Of a stretch of DNA of 64,000 bases, positions 26,237 to 40,009 are shown in pieces. Position 1 is the first letter of the stretch, and each line of letters opens with the position of its first letter. Source of the stretch: Octopus sinensis (lineage: Eukaryota); assembly GCF_006345805.1 (NCBI RefSeq), contig NC_043012.1, positions 31,124,001 to 31,188,000 of the forward strand, read 5' to 3'. Both the position numbers and the translations under genes were made by a program. The notes beneath the pieces are model-generated. The model was not told the origin of the DNA. It did no database searches and saw nothing but the letters and a program-made list of their open reading frames with translations.

Positions 26237-26886
26237 CAGTTGTTTCTGGGCATCCTAGCTGATGGGCCAGCATCTCCATACATTAGGTATTCTGTCATCA
26301 AAGCCAAGGTATGTAAGAAAGTTCCAGACAGAGAATTCACAGTGTATAAAAGAATAAAACAGTGGATAGAAGAATAAACCTTAGGTTATTTACCTTAGGT
26401 TCCTTATTTTTTCATTTTCTTTACTTTTTTATCAACCACTTCCTGACCACAACTTCCTCACTTCACCAAAATGTGTCCGAGCTGCTAGAAAATCACCACC
26501 AGCTTATAATCTTGAAGCGAAAACGAAAAGGAAATATTATAACTTTTGAAGCACGTTGCGTCACCCGATGAGGCCCCCTGCACTGTGTGTTGCTTCTGAT
26601 GTCATTACATCGTCCCACACCTACAAGGGAAAGGTGCAAGAACGAAGTCGAAATTATTTGTATGGAGGTTGGTCCGTACTCACGAAAGTACGGACCAATC
26701 TCCATACACCCAGGAATAAAATGAGCTGTGAACTTATTCTGTCTTTATTCTTCTATCCACTGTTTTATTCTTTTATACACGGTGAATTCTCTGTCTGGAA
26801 CTTTCTTACATACCTTGTCTTTGATGACAGAATACCTAATGTATGGAGATGCTGACCCATCAGCTGGGATGCCCCAGAAACAACTG
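26237..26886. mobile_element. 650-bp MITE, TIRs of about 142 bp, TA TSD (Tc1/mariner type)
   Basis: TA-CAGTTGTTTCTGGG...CCCAGAAACAACTG-TA; arms 26237-26378 and 26744-26886. Confidence 0.92.
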
Positions 26887-26974
26887 TAAGATATTAATTA
26901 CTTCTAATTCATCTTACTCTAATTAAATATTCTAAATGACCTGAGATACTCGTCCTTACTCGGGTTTGTTGTCC

Positions 26975-27125
26975 TTTTTCCTCTAATTCATATCCGCTAA
27001 CATGGAAGCCTACTACAGATCCTTAGCTCCAGTCTCAGGTGTGAACTTGGAACCTAACAGATGACCAATTATAGCACTTACATAGCGTACCTGTTCGTTC
27101 AGATCACCTGTGAACTAAACCCCTC
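26975..27125 (-). repeat. Dispersed repeat homologous to 1115-1230
   Basis: Shared AGGGGTTTAGT..GTAAGTGCTATAATTGGT.ATC.GTTAGGTTC..GCTGGAGCTA.GGATC. Confidence 0.7.
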
Positions 27126-27568
27126 ACATTCTTTATATATATATACACACACACACATAACTTAAGAGCATCAGGGTACTTACTGCGTAAATACCAACTG
27201 CGAGATTTTTTCATCATGTCTATATTCAACAAAATACGTCTTAGTGAGAATTAGAAATAAACCACTGGATAACTAATTAAAGCTTTGGTTTGTGTAATTT
27301 TTGGTACTCGCAAAACAATAGCTATATTTACTGTACATTTAAATTATATCCAGTTGATTGATTTGTTTGTGTTTGTCTAAATACACATGCTTATTCAGAC
27401 ATAGATTTCATCGAACGCAGTTACTAAATCGTCTCATTGATTTTATATTTTATAAATTTGTATTTCGACCGGAAATCTCTGGGTAGCTGTATCTTGTAAA
27501 GCTTTTTGTGTTTTTTGTTATAAGAATATTTTTAGTTTCTTAAATGACCGAATGCTCTGCATCTTGTT

Positions 27569-27644
<76 letters not shown>

Positions 27645-28290
27645 ACACACACACATACGCACACATACACACAACACACACACACACACTTGCACACACA
27701 CGTACACATATACTGGCATACACTAAATATATGGAATAAAATTTATAAATAAATATGTACGCAGAGAAAAATTGTAGATATAATGTATAAAATATAAAAG
27801 TTACACACAGACAATAAGGATGAGGTACAAATAGTTATTTGCATTTCTAAAATAAGAATGATGTGCATTATAGTAATCATGTTTAACCGTTGAAAAACTT
27901 ATTAAGGTAGAGTAAAATATTTATGACATCACTAACAAACGGATGATATGGATGTATGTTTATTTAAAATTCGCTTAAAAGTCATTGAAAGTGACCCATG
28001 CTTGCGTTTAAAACTAATCAATAAAGCGTATACATGCATGTAAGTAGAAAAACTCATTAATGCATCGTACAAAAAAAAAAAAAACTTACAATCTTAGCTG
28101 ACATGTAGGATATTCCGCGCTTTTTCTCGGTAAACAAGAATACAACGTATACAACAAATTTATTTACATACGACAAATTTACACACACACATGGATATAT
28201 ATAAATAGTACATATATACAAGATATATATATAATATATAAATATATATATATATCTACATATATATACATATATATAATATATTATATA

Positions 28291-28350
<60 letters not shown>

Positions 28351-28559
28351 CATGCATATATGGATACAGGACGTCACCAACAGTTGCAGATATAAATCCA
28401 TATATATACATATGCATGTATATATGGATTTACGTATATTTGGATTTAATACTGACACTTTTCCACTCACTCGTCATTTAGTTGCTTCAGCCTTTCAAGG
28501 ACCAACCATTTTTATTAATGAAAATCGTTAAATTCAGGAAAACAAATAAGAGCTTCTAG

Positions 28560-29900
28560 AGGAAGCTAAGCATCAAACATCAGGAAATTAAAATGTCAAA
28601 GAAGTTATTCATGATACCGGACAAAATACAAAAAGAAATGCCTTTACGAAGTTTACAACAATACTAAACTGCAATTCGTATCAATCTTAGCCATCAATAC
28701 TTATGTGAAATCAAATTTGAGCACCGACAACAATATGAGTACTCGAGGCCAGGAAATTATTGCAGAATTCTATATGCATAGCTTAGCAGAATCATTCATA
28801 CCTAAGGATCAATATTTTATATTTAAGGGGCATAAAGTTAATTTTGAACGGAAACCTATCCGACTTATAAACCCTACGGAAACTGATACAGCTGTTTTCA
28901 ACAAGCGTATGTTATTTCGCTCCTATCTCTAAACCATTGCTCACTATTGACTAAAATTTTACTAGAACAATTGTAAATATCAATGACAAAATACGAATTA
29001 AATTATATACTAGGAAAATTATGTAGCATTATGATCAGTCCATTAGAAAAATAACTGTCTAACACACACTTCGATGTCAGTCGAAGTGTGTTAGACTGAA
29101 ATTAGCAACCTCATAGAGCGATACTCACTATCTTGAAAAGGGCCCTTACAGAGCTGAGAATTTTCTTTTGCTCAATAAAATTAACTCACAAACGAACAAA
29201 TTTAGGAAAACTTATACTCATTATCAAAAAATTATGGGTTATGGATAGTTACACTGAACTTATTACTAATATTTTCTTGGATGCCACTTTTAATCAAAAC
29301 AAATCTTTGACTACACATACTATAGATTAACCAAGAGTTTCAACTACATACAGAAATGATCAAAACACACTAATGATTAAGTTTTAAAACATCTCAAAAT
29401 TATTCAAGTTATTCTCTAACAAAATATTCTTTTACAAATTTTCCTAAACATACAAAGACTATCTTATTAAAATGGATTAAAAGAAAAATGTACACAGAAA
29501 GACAGCTTAGGAAAAAAGAAAAGACAAATTGTTTGTCCTTTTTGATTTAGCCGTAGCCTTACCGAAAACATGAATTTCATGTTTTTGCTCAAAAAGCACT
29601 TCAACTTGCAACACAGGTATTAGAAAATATTCAGTAAAACACTATTAAAATCTCTAACTCAACTACACCAAATTTTGCACTGTCTCTTGCTTCAAGCAAC
29701 TTATTTAAGTTAATCCAATTCACAGGTAATACAGCTACTAGCAACTGCAATTCTAAGAACTTCAGCAATTACTTCTACACGCTAATTATCTTGCTAAAAG
29801 CAAAGTATACCACTGCGCTGTACCAATGAATAACTCAACTAGAGATATATACTTCGATCTCATCCAAATGCTGTTCAGTCATGTTTATAAACGAACAAAG
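28560..29900 (+). pseudogene. Highly decayed Penelope-like RT relic
   Basis: FIFKGHKVNFERKPIRLINPTET resembles the PLE motif KDHKENF...RLINPAK. Confidence 0.55.
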
Positions 29901-30432
29901 GATTAAAGTCAGTTACATTTCATTTTTATTTTGGCTTTGAAAAATGAAAATATATTTTAAAATGGGAGAATCTTTCCAGGGCAAAATCTTATATTGGAAA
30001 CAAAAATATCTGCAACAGAGTGTGTAGGTATTGTTTTCATAAAAAACACCACCCAGCACTAATTGATATTCAACGAAAGAACCTCTTGCTAATCCCCCAG
30101 ATATATTAATGTACATTGCTTGCATATTCCCTCGTATCTTTGCTTTACATTTGCATAAACCGCCTATTTTTAATCACGTCTTTCCCTTCACCAAATACCA
30201 CCATTTACATTAGAACCGATTCCCCTACTAACTGAGAAATATATTTTTCTCATTAAATCACCTTAGATGGCTTTGCTACTAAATCCCTAGAATACATGCA
30301 AATGAGCGTCTTGCATAAATAGGCTTGTTTGTTAGCATTGCACTATATCCGAGCCTATGCTAGATTTCCTTTTGAAGCACACATTTTCCCTTTTGTTGTA
30401 CTCTCCCATGAGAAAGTATAATAATAATAATA

Positions 30433-30476
<44 letters not shown>

Positions 30477-30494
30477 TAATAATAATAATAATAA

Positions 30495-30720
30495 TAGACA
30501 AACACATAACAAAAACACCAGGACTTACAAACACATATAACATACAGAAAATTGCACTACTGGGCTCTGCACACATCCTACGCAGAACACTTTCAATACA
30601 GTAACCATAGAGCATCACAACAAATCAGAGCACATACCCAAGGCACACAGAGCTGCGCTCGGTAGTGAAGTGAAAGCACGCTATAAAAATAAAACTACTG
30701 AATAATAATAATAATAATCG
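30495..30720 (+). pseudogene. R4/Dong-like 3' end embedded in (AAT)n on both sides
   Basis: DKHITKTPGLTNTYNIQKIALLGSAHILRRTLSIQ* plus shared 3' UTR. Confidence 0.8.
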
Positions 30721-31120
30721 CGTATTATACACTTCGATATATTTATAGGTGAGTGTTTATGCTGGTATCCATATACAAGTATCCGCATGAGGGAAACATT
30801 TTATGCTTAGCAGCGAAACAAGTCTTATTTTAGGTTAGTATAAATGAATGTTGAATGAATCTTATTCGTTTGTTAGCGACAGCTGTGAAATATACATTAT
30901 AAAAGATATTTGTATGCCCAAGTATCATTATAGGTTTACTAATGTTTTTGACTCCTAAGTAACATTATAGATTTATTCAGTGTATGTGTATATATATCGT
31001 TCATGTGTTCGTGATGTATTTAACATTAAAATCTCATTCTTATAATTTGCATTATATTTGTTTTATATTCCATATTTGAAATATTTTAAAGTGTATTTTA
31101 TCACACACACACACACACAC

Positions 31121-31182
<62 letters not shown>

Positions 31183-31370
31183 TGATTATTTGTGCTTGAG
31201 CGTGTGCATTTACGAGGATCTTCATATCCTATCACTCCAAATCAACTTAACCTAATGATGTCCTGTGAATTATCCACCTTTCATAAAATATGTAACACTA
31301 GCAATTCTTAATCTGCTTCCGGGAAAAGAGGTAAAATAACTACTGAAACATACGCTCACGCACACATACC

Positions 31371-31603
31371 TATTTCTTTACTACCCACAAGGAGCTAAAC
31401 ACAGAGAGGACAAACAAGGACAGACACACGGATTAAGTCGATTATGTCGACACCAGTGCCTAACTGGTACTTATTTAATCGACTCCGAAAGGATGAAAGG
31501 TAAAGTCGACCTCGGCGGAATTTGAACTCACAACGTAGCGGTAGACGAAATACCGCTAAGCATTTCGTCCGGTGTGCTAACGTTTCTGCCAGCTCGCTGC
31601 CTT
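31371..31603 (-). mobile_element. Full-length SINE family A with 9-bp TSD
   Basis: TSD ACACATACC at 31362-31370 and 31604-31612. Confidence 0.93.
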
Positions 31604-31684
31604 ACACATACCACCACCACCATCACCAATAGTCGATTTTTTAATAGAGAGTCTGAGTATGTCTGTGTTTGTGTGCGCATATAT

Positions 31685-31900
31685 TGGTTTCAATTTTTGG
31701 CACTAGGCCAGCAATTTCGGGTAAGTGATAAGTCGATTACATTGACCTATTGCTCAACTGATACTTATTCTATCGATCACCGAAAGGATGAAAGACAAAG
31801 TCTGCCTCGGCGGAGTTTGAACTCAGAACGTAAAGACGACGGACGAAATGTCGCTGAGCAGTTTACCCAGCGTGTTAATGATTCTGCCAGCTCGTCACCC
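31685..31900 (-). mobile_element. SINE family A variant (older)
   Basis: Core GATGAAAGACAAAGTC..CTCGGCGGAGTTTGAACTCAGAAC and head GATTCTGCCAGCTCG. Confidence 0.8.
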
Positions 31901-31945
31901 CAACAGATCCATATATTAGTGGATCAAGTGTGTGTGTGTGTGTGT

Positions 31946-31985
<40 letters not shown>

Positions 31986-32297
31986 TGTGTGTGTGTTTGT
32001 GTGTGTGTGTTTGTGTGTGTTTGTTTGTGCACGTGTGTGTGTTGTGTGTATGTGTGTATACGTTTTCTGTCTTTCGCTGAACACTCTTCGACGAGAGAGT
32101 CCTCCGGTCATTTCATCATGTTAAACCGTTAATCCTTACATATTTTTCTCTCTCTCCGTTTTTTCGTTATCTCTCCATTTTTTTCTCTCACCCCTTTTGC
32201 CGAAGAGTGTGGGCTCGATACGTCTTCCCGAACGTCAACTAATACACCTGCTTGTTGTTCCCTCACCTGCCTTCGTCATTTGTTTTCTGTAAATTTG

Positions 32298-32370
<73 letters not shown>

Positions 32371-32401
32371 CATACATACATACATACATACATACATACA
32401 C

Positions 32402-32474
<73 letters not shown>

Positions 32475-33507
32475 CACATATATACATATGTATGTGTATG
32501 TTTGCGCGCGTGTATGTGTCTGCATGTCTGTGTGTGTATTACATGAGCGGCAGGTCGATTTATCGCGGATTAATTCAACGTTTGGTTAATACATCGCCAG
32601 ACCAATTTGTCGCCAGTACCCATGTCATAATACCAATAGGTTATTAAGTGTTGTTTGAAATATTTAACTGACTTCATGAAACACAGTCTTTCTGTTTTTG
32701 TTATTATTAAAATGTGGGAAGTAGCGAAAACTGGAATGTAGTATTGAAAAGATAACAGTTTAATGAAAATAGTAAAACATAGTTTTACAAAATATCTTAT
32801 TTGTTGCGCTGTTTTCTTTGTGTTATCGGACACAAGAAATATACAAGAAATACACATATAGAATATATAAAGTTATATAAATAATAAACGAAAATGATTT
32901 ATTAAAAACTAGTTCTTTTAACGAAGACAACAGAGAAATGACAACTAAAAGCAGAAGCTGATAAAAATAAACAAGCAAAAACCCGTTGAAATATAAAAAT
33001 TTCAAATTACGAGCAACTGCTTCAAAGAAATTTTTTGTTCCAAGTCGTAATTGTCTAGCGAATTTCTAATGAACTTGTTCATATCTTTATTATTCCTATT
33101 GTCTGCTTTTCCGCTTCTTACGTACATTTTTGCAGTTCGGTTATTATCAGTATATTTTTCGTAACAGACTCAAATGATTTTTGAAAAAGTTATTCTCGTG
33201 GTAACTCCTGCCATATATCTAGAATGTCTATACGTTATATATTTACGTTATTTATTGGAGAAAATTTGTTTAAAACACTCCGATAACCACTCACAGCAAC
33301 GATTCAACTCTTACTCAATTCTCTGGGTTATGAAACAATTTGTCTGTTTCACATGGGCATGAAACCGGAATAACAGAAGGAAACAACCTAGCGACACTCA
33401 AATTTGGATATTGGAATGGTGGCGGTCAATAGACCTCGCGCCTCTCTCTCTCTTTCTCACACACACACAGACACACACAGACATACATGTGTACATGTAT
33501 GTGTCTC

Positions 33508-33552
<45 letters not shown>

Positions 33553-33573
33553 ATGCACGTATGTATGTGTGTG

Positions 33574-36500
33574 TATTCTTTTATTCTTTTATTCTTTTAC
33601 TTGTTTCACCATCCGGCTGAGGCCATGCTGGGGCACCGCCCTTGTTGCTACCCTCTCTAAGTCCAGTTTGCCGTGGCTGGCCACTGATCTAAGAGAGAGT
33701 TTGTAGCTGCTGCCTTAGGTTACCTTCGTACCTTGCAGTGGGTTCATCTGGGATCCCGGAAAGCAGCTTGTCTAGATGTTTTTTGAAAATGTCCACATCC
33801 GCATCATGTAGATCTCTTAGTTTTCTTGGCAGTTTGTTGAACAGCTGAGGGCCCCTGAACCCCAGGCTATTACAGTATCTGCTCCTTACCCTGGATGTGG
33901 AAGACGGGACCTTTGGCACCACACAGTGACGTCCTGTACGGGGATTGGAACGGCTCTCAATTCCAAAATTTGGTGCTAGTCCCTCCAGGATTTTCCATAT
34001 GTATATCACTGCATATCTCTCTCGTCTTCGTTCCAAGGAGTACAAATTGAGTTCCCTAAGCCTCTCCCAATAGTTCTTTTCTTTCATGGTGGAAATCCTC
34101 TTGGTGAAATGTCTTTGGATTGTCTCAAGCTATGTGGTTAGTTTGACACTATGCGGTGACCACAGTTGGGAGCAGTAGTACAGGCGGCTTAGGACAAATG
34201 TCCTCCATAGTGTCAACATGGTCTCGCAGTCTCTTGTCCGGAATGTCCTCAGGATCCAGCCAGTGAGTCGTCTGCACATTGTCGCCACCTTCGCGATGTG
34301 TGAAGAAAAAGATGCATCGTCACTCATGTCTATCCCCAGGTCCCGTATTGATTTCGATACTGGGATTTCGATCCCTCCTGGACCAGTATAGTTGTGTTGT
34401 AATGTATATGTGTTTACAGCTTGATATTGTAAGGCTTGAAATTTACCAGCATTAAATTGCATGTTGTTGTCTTCAGCCCATTTGTATATGGCATCCAGAT
34501 CTTGTTGTAAAAGGTCAGCATCAGCTGGGTTTTTGATTGCCTGTGCTACCTTCGTGTCATCAGCATAGCTAGTGAGGGATGTGTGTTTGTGCTACCAAGG
34601 GCATGTCAGAGAGCGCCACCAAAAACAGCAAGGGTCCCAAGACTGTGCCCTGTGGCACCCCGCTTGCTATTGGTGTCTTTCCCGAGAGGGCTCCATTGGC
34701 TGCAACCATCTGGCTTCTGTCCTTCAGGAAGTCATGTATCCACTCACCTACTTTTCCTGTTATGCCGAGTCTGAGTAATTTGTGACATATCACTCTCCGT
34801 GGTCGACTTTGTCAAAGGCCTTCGCAAAGTCGAGATATACCACATCCACCTGTGAGCGATCCAGTAGTTGTTTCAGTACCCAGTCGTAGTGTTGTAACAG
34901 CTGCGTAAGGCAGCTTCTTCCTGGGCGAAAGCCATGCTGTGTGTCAGTGAGACGGTTAGTTTCTTCGAGGAACGTGATCAGTTTTTTTCTGATGATTCGT
35001 TCCATGACCTTACTTATGTGTGACGTCAGGGAGACTGCTCTACTCCCTCCTTTGTGGATAGGGCATATGGTGCCTTCTTTTAGCGCCCTGGGCAGTTTAC
35101 CGTTAGCCAAGGAACCACTGAAGAGCTTCTTCAGTGGTCCCGCTAGGGCATGCCTGCATGTTTTTAGGAGGACTGCTGGGAATCCATCTGGTCCAGCAGC
35201 TGAGTTTATTCTCATTTCTTCTATGGCAGATATTACATCGCTCTCTGTTATGTCTATGTGGTCGATGGTTGTTGTTTGGTTTTGGAGTGTTGTGGCATCA
35301 AAGAAAACTTCTGGGTTTGTGATTTGCATGTGCCCCAGAGGGGATGTGAACACACTTTTATACTGTTCCTTTAGTATTTCACTTATCCCTTGGGGGTCCT
35401 CAGTTAGAGAGCCCTTTTTATCAAATAGTGGGCCAATCTTGCAGTGTACCGAGGTGGTTTCTTTCGCAAATTTAAAGAAGGCTTTAGGGTTTGTTTTAAT
35501 ATTCTCTATGGCCCTGGCTTCTCTCTCTGCCCTCTCCTTCTCATAGGAAAGTTTGAGTGCAGTTTCCGTTTCAAAAAGTTTCAGGTGGAGTCCCTCATTG
35601 TTTCTCTGCCGTGCATTCAGTTGCTTCGAGAGCTTAGCTCTTCGCCTCATAAGTATTTTCCTGTCTCTGGGAATAACGTTCCTATGCCCGCTGGCTTTTT
35701 TATCCGGGACAAACTTATGGCATATGTTCTGTATTGTTGTCATGAAATGTTGGAAATGTGTGTTGGTGTCTTGGTGGTGATGAAGTCACTCCAGTCATGT
35801 TTTCGGATCTCTTCGTTTATCTTCTTCCAGTTTGCCTTATGGAAGTTTAGACTGGATAGGTCTGTGGTATTTTCTAATGGCTGCGTCTCAACTAACTCTC
35901 TCACCATATATCATTACCTCTACTAAGTTGTGATCTGAGAGAATTGTTGGTGTTACCATTATGTTGTGGATGAGCATCGGGTTGCTTGTGAAACAGAGGT
36001 CCAAGACATTCTCACCTCTTGTTGGCCGAAGCACTGCTTGTTCCATGAAAAACTTGCGTGTGAGAGCCAACAAGGACTCTGTCTGTCTCTGTTCAAGTGA
36101 TGTCATTCCAGGGAGAGATGGCCATCTGGCCATTTGACTTTCGGAAGGTTAAAATCTCCAGCAGTAGAATGGTGTTACCCTGTCCAGTTTGTCCAGGACT
36201 TCTTCTATTCTTCTGAGGCTATCTTCAAACACTCCTTCATGACTAGGGGTGTCTGGTGGCCGATATGTGACACATATTACTATTTTCGGTTGTTTCATGT
36301 GTACTATCAGTGTGTCACAGACTGAGTTTGAGTGTGTCAACAGTACTATGGGTGTGACATCTTCACGGACGTACAGGGCAACCCCACCATGAGTTCTTTC
36401 CTCCTGTCTGACCGAAAAACAGTATACTTTGGTACGTGTATTTCTGCATCTGCTATACTGCTTGACAGGTGCGTTTCAGTCAGCGCTATGCATATTGCAT

Positions 36501-37135
36501 GGTTGCTTGTGCTTAAGTCCCTAAGGTAAGGAATTTTACTCATATTAGTGGGTTTCACCAGACCTCTGACATTCAGCAGAAGCACTGGTGAGATATTTGG
36601 GGTGTCAATAAAGGCTGACGTTGTGGCACCTGGGCTGGTGTCAGCGGTGGCCACCCTGGGTCCCTTGATGTGGTGGTCTTGAGTGCTGTGTGAGTGCCCC
36701 TGGCTCTGAAGACGATGTATCCAGGCCAGTGTCCCACAATTTTCTCTGCTATTTCCACAAAATTTTTTTGTTCTGCTGCCGCCGTCTGCATTTCCTCTGC
36801 AAATGTGCGCCTTCTCCTTGTTGGGGCATTACGCACTATGTCTGCATATTTCTGGGGCAGCTTATATTTGTTCTGGTTTTGGTTTCGGTCTTGGTTTTGG
36901 TTAAGGCATTTTGGTCGAGTGGGTTTGATGCAATTTCCATAGGGCCTGGGATGAGCGAACCTGCACCCTTCCCCTGTTTCTCCATGCCAGCAGGTTCCAT
37001 TCCGGAAGAATTTGCATGTTATCTGGGTTTTCTTGTCCCCAGTTCCTCTCTGTTTTCTCTTCCTCCGTTGGACGGTTGTCCACTGGTTCCTTTCTGCATA
37101 GGTATTTTCATCCGGGTGGTTATTTTCCGTATATG
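33574..37135 (-). mobile_element. Near full-length CR1-type LINE (ORF1-like region, APE endonuclease, RT; frameshifted)
   Basis: LLLNVRGL..IALTETHL..FRSDR (APE); QHGFRPGRSCLTQL, VYLDFAKAFDKVDH, SGVPQGTVLGPLLF, YADD (RT); tail (TAAAAGAA)3. Confidence 0.95.
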
Positions 37136-37379
<244 letters not shown>

Positions 37380-37380
<1 letters not shown>

Positions 37381-38660
37381 GGTTCAGTTATGGGATTTCA
37401 GTCAATAGATTTGTGGGTATTCCATTTCAGATAATGCAAAGAGAACATAGCGAGTATTTATGATGGAAAACTCGTGGTATTTATATGCACACCAAGAAAT
37501 ATTACTTGATGATAAAACCGGTACAATAACAGGGTATAAAATGTACTATCTTAATTAGTCCTTACTTGAGTAAAAAAAATTATAATTAGAAAGGAACTAC
37601 ACGTGTTGGATGATCAGAATATATGCAATCATCAGATTTATAATTCTATCAACACATCTTCAGGTTCATTTTTCAAAATATTGTTCAGCTATTTTAAATC
37701 ACCATAAAAATTAAGCGCTAAATTAAAATTAAAAATAAACTTTACAAAATTAAGAATTATAAATTATAAATTATAAATATAAATTAGCATACATATATCA
37801 AACTTAGAATGTCAAATATAAAATTATAAATCAGAATGAAGAGGTCTGTGATTAAATGTAAAAAATAAAGATACATTTCCACTTATGATAGGGTCAAGAT
37901 GGTGATTAAAGGAAGTGAATATAGCAGAGCACTATGGGAATTTATTTATGATTAGTTCTAAGGAGCTGGGTAATAGTTTAAATTAAATTATCTGCTTCTA
38001 TTATTATACTCTATCCAACTATGTAGAGGGATATATATATATATAATTTGTTATAATGTAATAGATATTCTTTTGCCTATATTATCTATTAAAGCTTCTG
38101 TAACTGATCTAGGATGATTACTGAAAGAAATAATGTACATTAAATTTTCATTCAACTTATGAAATAGATGAATCTTATTAGTGATAAGATTAGGGTTAAC
38201 GTCTAGGTAATTTACAGCATAGTGTTCATTCTCTATAGATATACATAGGCCAAATTCTTAAAGAATTTATACAATTCCTTTTTAAGGCTTTCTAAGGATC
38301 TACTAGTACAGTTCCTGGCTATAAGTAGTAGGTCATCCCCATAAAGAACGCCCTCAATATTCATAAATTCCGTCTCTCGTTCAGATAAAAGATATAATCC
38401 AACAAGATCGGTAACTTGGGTAGAATCAGACGCGCCCATGAGTATATAAAACCAATCGCTTGTGTCTTTTCTTGCCCATAGTTTACCTTTATATTTTATA
38501 ATAGACTTCCTCGCGGCTAATTCTACTTTAACTTTTTACTTTTCTCATGGCATATGATAGGGCCTTATTTAGAACAATTTCATTGATAGATGAATAGTAA
38601 TTCTCTATATCAATTTGAAGGAATTTACATCTATTTTTATCCTGAATATTATCAAACCAT
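37380..38660 (-). pseudogene. Penelope-like RT relic
   Basis: FLQIDIENYYSSI, MGASDSTQVTDLVGLYLL..LYGDDLL, NYLDV..SNHP. Confidence 0.85.
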
Positions 38661-39675
38661 TTGATAGTGTCGGAGTTGATAAGTTAGGTACCAGTTGCGT
38701 ACTGGGGTCGATCTAATCAACTGTTCCTCTCTCTAAAAATTCGGGCCTTGTGCCTAGAGTAGAAAAGAATAGTGTTATCTCCTATAAACAGCTTGTAGTC
38801 TTCTGTGGATGTCGGTGACCGACGCCTTTCCTTCGTTAGAAATCGATGACGAAACATTGCTTCTGCCTGCAACGAAGTATAACAGGAAAAAGAGTTATTA
38901 TAGAGGAAGAGTTACTGTACCTGTATGCGTAATGTAAATGATGTGTGTCAATAAAGTAAGTTACGCCCACTTAGCATTACTTTCGGTACATCGATGCGCG
39001 TGCGTGTGTGTGAGTGTGTGTGTGTGAGTGTGTGTGTGTGAGTGTGTGTGTGTGAGTGTGTGTGTGTGTGAGTCTGTGTGTGTGTGAGTGTGTGTGATAA
39101 TGTAAGAGATGAAAAGAAAAGTAAAATGTATTTTTCATAGTGCAAACCTTATCTTATAACAGAACTTAATATTTGGATATAATTTAAAACTTTGGATAAC
39201 ATACATATTTATCCATATTATTTAGTAAACTTAGTACTTCTCTTAATAATGCTTATTGTATCAAAGCTGACAGCATACTCCGAGTTTCACCCGAAATTTT
39301 GCTGTTGACGACAGTCTTGGAACTCAGAGTAAATAAACAAGCGGGTGTGTACCCACACGTACACATACAAACACACGCGTATTCACACACGCGCGTGTGC
39401 GAGCACGTACACACATTCACGCACAATCATATACATTTTATACACAACGTTTCATATCAATATATTCCTTACACCTCTTATCATATGTCTGTCTTTCTAC
39501 TTCCATTCCCGCTCGATTTCGATCGTTTTTCTAGTCACCATTTCCACCTCTCGACTACATCAGTCTGATGAAGAAGGTGAAGATTAAAATTCTAAATTCT
39601 GAAAGCACAATGTGGTGATTATACTATGCTTAAATTAGCATTTTATCACACATTGTATATATGTATATATATATA

Positions 39676-39955
39676 TCACCGTGACAAGCTATCAGATGTT
39701 GCTACACATCGCTGGTCACAATGTGCTTCTCATTGTTTTAGCCTTCAAATCACACCATCCCGCTGGCTAAGCGAGCAGGCCAACAGAAGAAAGAGTGAAA
39801 GTTGCGGCGAAAGAGTACAGCAAGTATCGCCACCACCCCCTGCTGGAGTCTCGTGGAACTTTGGGTGTTTTCGCTCAATAAACACGCCCAGTCTGGGAAT
39901 CGAAACCGCGATCCTACGACTGCGAGTCCGCTGCCCTAACCACTGGGCCATTGCG

Positions 39956-39957
<2 letters not shown>
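39676..39957 (-). mobile_element. tRNA-derived SINE family C, tail type 1
   Basis: Head GCGCAATGGCCCAGTGGTTAGGGCAGCGGACTCGCAGTCG..GGTTTCGATTCCC. Confidence 0.9.

Positions 39958-40009
<52 letters not shown>

Noticed and set aside
32195-32232. CCGAAGAG..CTC-GATA-CGTC minimal hammerhead scar
   Set aside because: GAAA is mutated and stem I is unpaired; at most a decayed relic
37500-37528. TTGATGAT-AAAA-CCGGTA-CAATA motif next to a PLE relic (a similar motif lies near 33345-33375)
   Set aside because: Both core segments are mutated and there is no stem II; cannot be supported without a consensus
39560-39620. CTGATGA-AGAA..TTCT-GAAA
   Set aside because: No valid cleavage triplet or stem I
39885-39957. 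Genuine tRNA gene
   Set aside because: No proper acceptor stem; it continues into a SINE core found in three copies
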